In this document: positions 60,179-64,000 of the stretch, in pieces
How the letters are laid out: every line of letters starts with the position of its first letter
How positions within the stretch are numbered: position 1 is the stretch's first letter
Source of the DNA: an uncultured Holophaga sp.
GTDB taxonomy: Bacteria; Acidobacteriota; Holophagae; Holophagales; Holophagaceae
Assembly: GCA_963664825.1 (NCBI GenBank)
Contig: OY761614.1
Location: forward strand, 2,848,001-2,912,000
Direction: 5' to 3'
Length of the DNA: 64,000 bases
Translations under genes and position numbers: made by a program
The notes under the pieces: generated by a model
What the model saw: the letters and a program-made list of their open reading frames with translations, nothing else
Database searches by the model: none
Told to the model about the DNA's origin: nothing

Positions 60179-60898
60179 ATGCAGGCTCGCTTCTACCTCC
60201 CCATGTGGGGCAGGTTCGCCTCACCCGACCCGGCGCGGGATCAACACTTTGAGGAAACGCAGAGCTGGAATATTTACAGCTATGTAAGAAATAACCCGGT
60301 GATGATGACGGACCCCACAGGGGAGTACGCCAAAATCACGGTGGAAGGTAAAAATATGACAGTTGTAATTCCTGTATCCTTTGGCGGTGCTGCTTCCGCT
60401 GAGCGGATTATGGCATTTACAAGGGGCATTGAATCTCTAAGTGGTAAGGTCGGCGACATGAATGTGAGTTTCAGAGTTGATACTTCAGCTGACCCAGAAG
60501 CAAATACAACAAATCAGGTCAACTTCAAAGAAGGTAAGGGCACATCAAACGTTGAGCCAAGGGGTGGAAAAATGGTCGCCACTCTATACGCTGGCACTGA
60601 ATCAAATAGCGAAAAACTTGCAGCTGTATCTGGACACGAAGGAGTGCATCTTGCTGGGGCACTGGATGCCTATAAGGTCGTTGACGGCAAAGTTGTATTA
60701 AATCGGGACTCCGGTGGGAAAGATAGGCTTGGCAATCCAGATACACGGAAAAAGACGGATGTAATGTTTGATCCAGCGAAAGGCAAGGTATCAAAGGATG
60801 ATGTAAAGCAAATGCAAAATTCTGATCTTCAAAAGCTATTCAAAAAAGAAAATCCAAATGGGCTTCCAGTCCCAAATAATGATGTTGAGAGGAAATGA
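60179..60898 (+). CDS. Orphan Rhs core-end plus toxin tip, cassette B (HExxH metallopeptidase-like)
   Basis: Begins MQARFYLPMWGRFASPDPARDQHFEETQSW...DPTG; tip contains GHEGVHLAGALDAY. Confidence 0.88.
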   Translation: MQARFYLPMWGRFASPDPARDQHFEETQSWNIYSYVRNNPVMMTDPTGEYAKITVEGKNMTVVIPVSFGGAASAERIMAFTRGIESLSGKVGDMNVSFRVDTSADPEANTTNQVNFKEGKGTSNVEPRGGKMVATLYAGTESNSEKLAAVSGHEGVHLAGALDAYKVVDGKVVLNRDSGGKDRLGNPDTRKKTDVMFDPAKGKVSKDDVKQMQNSDLQKLFKKENPNGLPVPNNDVERK

Positions 60899-60899
60899 A

Positions 60900-61331
60900 A
60901 TGAAAACCATGGCGTTTCTGTTCGTTTTGATGACATCGTTGCTTGTGGCAGCTCCCACCCCACAAAGCGATAAAATAGTTGCATCTGGTCTTGAAATAGC
61001 TGTTGGTGGAGAAATGCAAATACGAGAAAGTCGCGAACAGCATGGCGAGGTATATAATTTCCAAATCCTTCTAAAAAAAGGGCGTTTGATTGGGCGGGGG
61101 TGCATCGCCTATCGGATTGATGATCCAGTCGCAAAGGGCTTCCAAACAAGAACGACCGTACATAACGGCATTGTTTGGAAATACGCAATTACTGGGAATA
61201 CCATCTCATGCGTTGGTAAGCTCTCCAACTCGCAAGAAGCTCCATCCATCTCGCTTTATGTAAAACATGCTCCATATATCCGGAATCCTGAATCAATGTT
61301 TAAGGCAATCGCTATAAAGAAGGTTGAATAG
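60900..61331 (+). CDS. Putative exported immunity protein, cassette B
   Basis: MKTMAFLFVLMTSLLVA signal-peptide-like start immediately after the toxin stop. Confidence 0.7.
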   Translation: MKTMAFLFVLMTSLLVAAPTPQSDKIVASGLEIAVGGEMQIRESREQHGEVYNFQILLKKGRLIGRGCIAYRIDDPVAKGFQTRTTVHNGIVWKYAITGNTISCVGKLSNSQEAPSISLYVKHAPYIRNPESMFKAIAIKKVE

Positions 61332-61472
61332 GTTGCTGAAAGGATTCGAGGACTGTTATCCCTCGCCATCTCTCAATCCTACCGTTCCAACCCACGGCAA
61401 GCTAACGTTCCACCCCTCACAAAGCCTAAACCTCGAATCGAGAGCCTAGAGAATGTATTGCCCTGCTTGTAA

Positions 61473-62183
61473 TCACCCGATGCCCGTGATACGGGCACCA
61501 CGGATGTTGAGGGTTGCGATAACGCCACGAACCTTCAGCTCCTCGAGGAATTGAGGGAAGGGCCGGACGTGTGGATGGGCTTGCGCGGCTGTGATGGCCT
61601 CATCGATTACGGCGCGAAACTGTTGTTTTTTGGTGGGAGCTCTGGTTCGCTCCGCAAGGGCACGCTCTTTCCCGCGGAGGCGAGTTGTGTCCAGGGCCTT
61701 CCGCTGATGAGTCCTCCCACTTCGGGTCGGGCTCGGCACGGGCTCGAGGCCGAACTGTTCCTCAATGATTCGGAGCGCGCTTTCGACCTTCCGGAAATCT
61801 CGAAGATGCTCACGGGCAATGCTCCCGTCGGCTCGAACTCGAGTAGCGACGATGTGGACGTGCTCGTGGGGGCGGTCGTGGTGCTGGACCACGGCGTAAC
61901 TGTCCCACCCCATTTCTCGAGCCACATCTGCCGCCGCCAGGAGCCAACTCTCCGCTGTGAGATGCTCACCTGGAAGCAGGGAGATAGAGAGGTGTCGGAC
62001 GGGTTTGGTGACCCGCGCCCGGAGTGCGGCGATGGTCCTAAGTTCGGCGGCCAGTTCTTCTGGGGACTCCCCTGCGAGGGTTCCCCCGAGGAGTACACCC
62101 CGAGGTTCACCGTTCTCCTTGCCTCGAAATAGGTACCGGAGGAGTGGCGCAAAATCAGTCCCCTTGATGAGCTTGCCGATCAC
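61473..62183 (-). CDS. MOBP-type relaxase (probably C-truncated)
   Basis: IGKLIKGTDF..LLRYL, KPVRHLSISL, HHDRPHEHVHIV (HUH motif); ends abruptly at ITGIG. Confidence 0.88.
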   Translation of the reverse strand: MIGKLIKGTDFAPLLRYLFRGKENGEPRGVLLGGTLAGESPEELAAELRTIAALRARVTKPVRHLSISLLPGEHLTAESWLLAAADVAREMGWDSYAVVQHHDRPHEHVHIVATRVRADGSIAREHLRDFRKVESALRIIEEQFGLEPVPSPTRSGRTHQRKALDTTRLRGKERALAERTRAPTKKQQFRAVIDEAITAAQAHPHVRPFPQFLEELKVRGVIATLNIRGARITGIG

Positions 62184-62526
62184 GACGGAGCTCCTTCTGG
62201 ACGTGGAGGAGAAGAATCCGCAACGCCTGGATCTCGGTTTGGAGGCGTTCCTCACCCGGGAAGACACCGCTGTTGAGGGACCTCGCTATCTGGTTGAGGT
62301 TGCTCCCGACCCGGCCGAGCTCCTGAGCGAAGGCGCGGTCGATGTTGGGAGGCGGCACCTTTCCGAGAAGTAGGCTTCGACCGAGTGCGGAGAGGCTGAT
62401 GCCCCGAGTACGTGCAGCCGCCTGGAGCTGGATATGCTCAGTCCCTGTTAGGCGAATTGTGAGAATGACGGCGCGGCGAAGCTCTTCCGCTACGCGGTGG
62501 GGTCGAAGGGATTCGATAGTGCTCAT
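62155..62526 (-). CDS. mobC: MobC relaxosome accessory protein
   Basis: LTIRLT..E...L...A...GISLS (RHH), ELGRVGSNLNQIARSLN. Confidence 0.9.
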   Translation of the reverse strand: MSTIESLRPHRVAEELRRAVILTIRLTGTEHIQLQAAARTRGISLSALGRSLLLGKVPPPNIDRAFAQELGRVGSNLNQIARSLNSGVFPGEERLQTEIQALRILLLHVQKELRRDRQAHQGD

Positions 62527-62669
62527 GGATGGTTTCCTTTCCTTGCCGGAAGGCAGACGGGGTTCAGGGGCATGGCCCCTGGCGAGCGGCAGACGAATAC
62601 CGAGGCGAGCGGAGCGACCCGAGGTATTCGCTCTGCCTTGCTCGCTAGTCGTGAACGGGTGGAGCCTGC

Positions 62670-63347
62670 CTACTGAATCGGGTTTCTGGGTTGTAACCTT
62701 CGGTCCCGACTTCCCTTCGGGAACTCGATCCACATGGACATGTGTTGTAAGCGACTGAATACAGGTGCTCCGTAGCGCAGTAATAGCGCTTCTGCATTGC
62801 AATTGGTGGTGCAGCTCGTGGGCTTGAAGTGATCGTACCGGTGGCGAATCACGCGCTCGACGAAGGCCAGACCTTTATCAGCTTCACGGCCGCCCCGCTC
62901 CTTCATTTCGGCTCCAAGGTCATCCAGAAACAGGTAGTCAACATGGAGGAAACGCTGCAGGAACCGTTCCTGGTCTGCTGCCCGCAGTGCCATGCTCTTC
63001 CATTCCGCCACGAGGTCAGGAACGCTCCGCCAAAGTAGGGGCAGCTTTGAAGATTCGATAAACTCAGGTGTGTGGGAACCGTACCGCTTTCCAAACACCA
63101 GCTTTGCAAAGGCCGCCATTGCATAGGTCTTTCCCACTCCTGTGGTGCCCACGAGAAGGACTGCATTAGGGCGGGTTTTCATAAACAAGTCCGTGAGTAA
63201 GCTCTCGATCCGTCGACGGATTTGTTCGTCCAGGTGGGATGGATTTGCATGGATCTCGGATGGCGGGATTCCTCCGCGCTCGAGAAACTCCTGGATTCGA
63301 CCTTCCCGTGAGATTTGGATTTTGGGGAACTCAAATTCCTGGTTCAT
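62670..63347 (-). CDS. DnaC/IstB-like AAA+ ATPase (helicase loader)
   Basis: LVGTTGVGKT, LFLDDLGAE, RY...KPTSCTTN, SRL...DRR. Confidence 0.87.
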   Translation of the reverse strand: MNQEFEFPKIQISREGRIQEFLERGGIPPSEIHANPSHLDEQIRRRIESLLTDLFMKTRPNAVLLVGTTGVGKTYAMAAFAKLVFGKRYGSHTPEFIESSKLPLLWRSVPDLVAEWKSMALRAADQERFLQRFLHVDYLFLDDLGAEMKERGGREADKGLAFVERVIRHRYDHFKPTSCTTNCNAEALLLRYGAPVFSRLQHMSMWIEFPKGSRDRRLQPRNPIQ

Positions 63348-63607
63348 CGCGCCCCCCTATCTCTGGTACTTGGCTTTTCACGCAGCTGATCAAGCAAGGC
63401 TTGATCAGCATCCGAAAGCCCTGAAGATTCATCCGCAGGGGCTGCTCTCACTTCTAGGTTCTGCGCCAGCAGGTTGGCGATGCTCTTTCGTTGGAAGAGC
63501 CAAGGTAGGGAAGCTCGCCATCCGTGGGGTCCATGCCCGAGATAGAACGGAATTCGAGGGATTCGGCGGATGGCCTCCTGGAGGTGATCCATGCCGCCGA
63601 GGCTATC
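63344..63607 (-). pseudogene. C-terminal fragment of a phage-type replication initiator, cut by IS5
   Basis: PFYLGHGPHGWRASLPWL resembles C-termini of phage replication proteins; ATGA-coupled to the DnaC-like ATPase. Confidence 0.55.
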
Positions 63608-64000
63608 TAGTCGGCCTTGCGTAACCCAAGGAACCCATATTTGACGGGGATTTACGGGAACCTATCAAGTATGCCGTACACCAGAAAGGCAGGGATGAAC
63701 GCCCGGAATCTGGTGTACGAATGAAGCCGAAACCGAAGATGTACCCGCGATCTACGAAGGTGTAGGCCGGGAGCTTGCCCGTCACCCGCTCCACCTGGTC
63801 CAGTTGGCCATCCAGCGTGTGCCCGTCGTAGGGATTGCCGGGACAGGCCTGGATGCCCACCACGAAGCCTTCCCTGTGGGTCACGGCCAGGCTCACCTTG
63901 ACGCCGAACTCGTAGGGCTTGTGAGCCTTCCCCTTCGCGATGCACTCCACCTCCGGCGCCGAGAGGCTGTAGACCTTGCCTTTGGTCGTGCGCTTTTGCG
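63608..64000 (-). mobile_element. IS5-family element remnant (internal deletion; runs off the window)
   Basis: VECIAKGKAHKPYEFGVK, GNPYDGHTL, VDRGY, then loss of frame and similarity. Confidence 0.88.

Larger units (their letters stand above)
43348..64000. mobile_element. Genomic island adjacent to tRNA-Cys (right end outside the window)
   Basis: Abrupt switch from housekeeping genes to RM remnants, ISs, low-GC Rhs toxins, a recombinase, relaxase/MobC. Confidence 0.8.

Overview
High-GC bacterial chromosome segment; the gene content suggests an anaerobic Holophagae/Acidobacteriota-like organism, but this is inference only. 1-43.4 kb is mostly core genome: mutY (partial), tRNA-Leu, secG, ruvA, an arsenic-resistance cluster (arsR-arsP-trx-trx-ccdA-acr3, then arsR-arsM with arsM split by an intact ISL3), c-di-GMP genes, the first half of the dcw cluster (mraZ to murD, with an antisense EAL gene and two covarying structured repeats in opposite orientation), kdsB, fabH, rsmD, a two-component pair, pgeF, UbiA/DUF116, mlaEFD, glmU, pdxA, an Hfq-like gene and a PilS-like kinase. 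After tRNA-Gly/tRNA-Cys (43.35 kb) a genomic island begins. It holds a scrambled hsdR, IS66 elements, a 1892-aa Rhs toxin with a putative signal peptide, a TreTu-like tip and an immunity gene, and an N-truncated Xer-type recombinase. Two orphan Rhs-tip/immunity cassettes start at the same codon and are bracketed by conserved non-coding motifs, followed by a relaxase-MobC-DnaC-like mobilisation/replication module cut by IS5. The strongest candidates for an undescribed system are the motif-bracketed Rhs cassette array and the covarying structured repeat family in the dcw operon.
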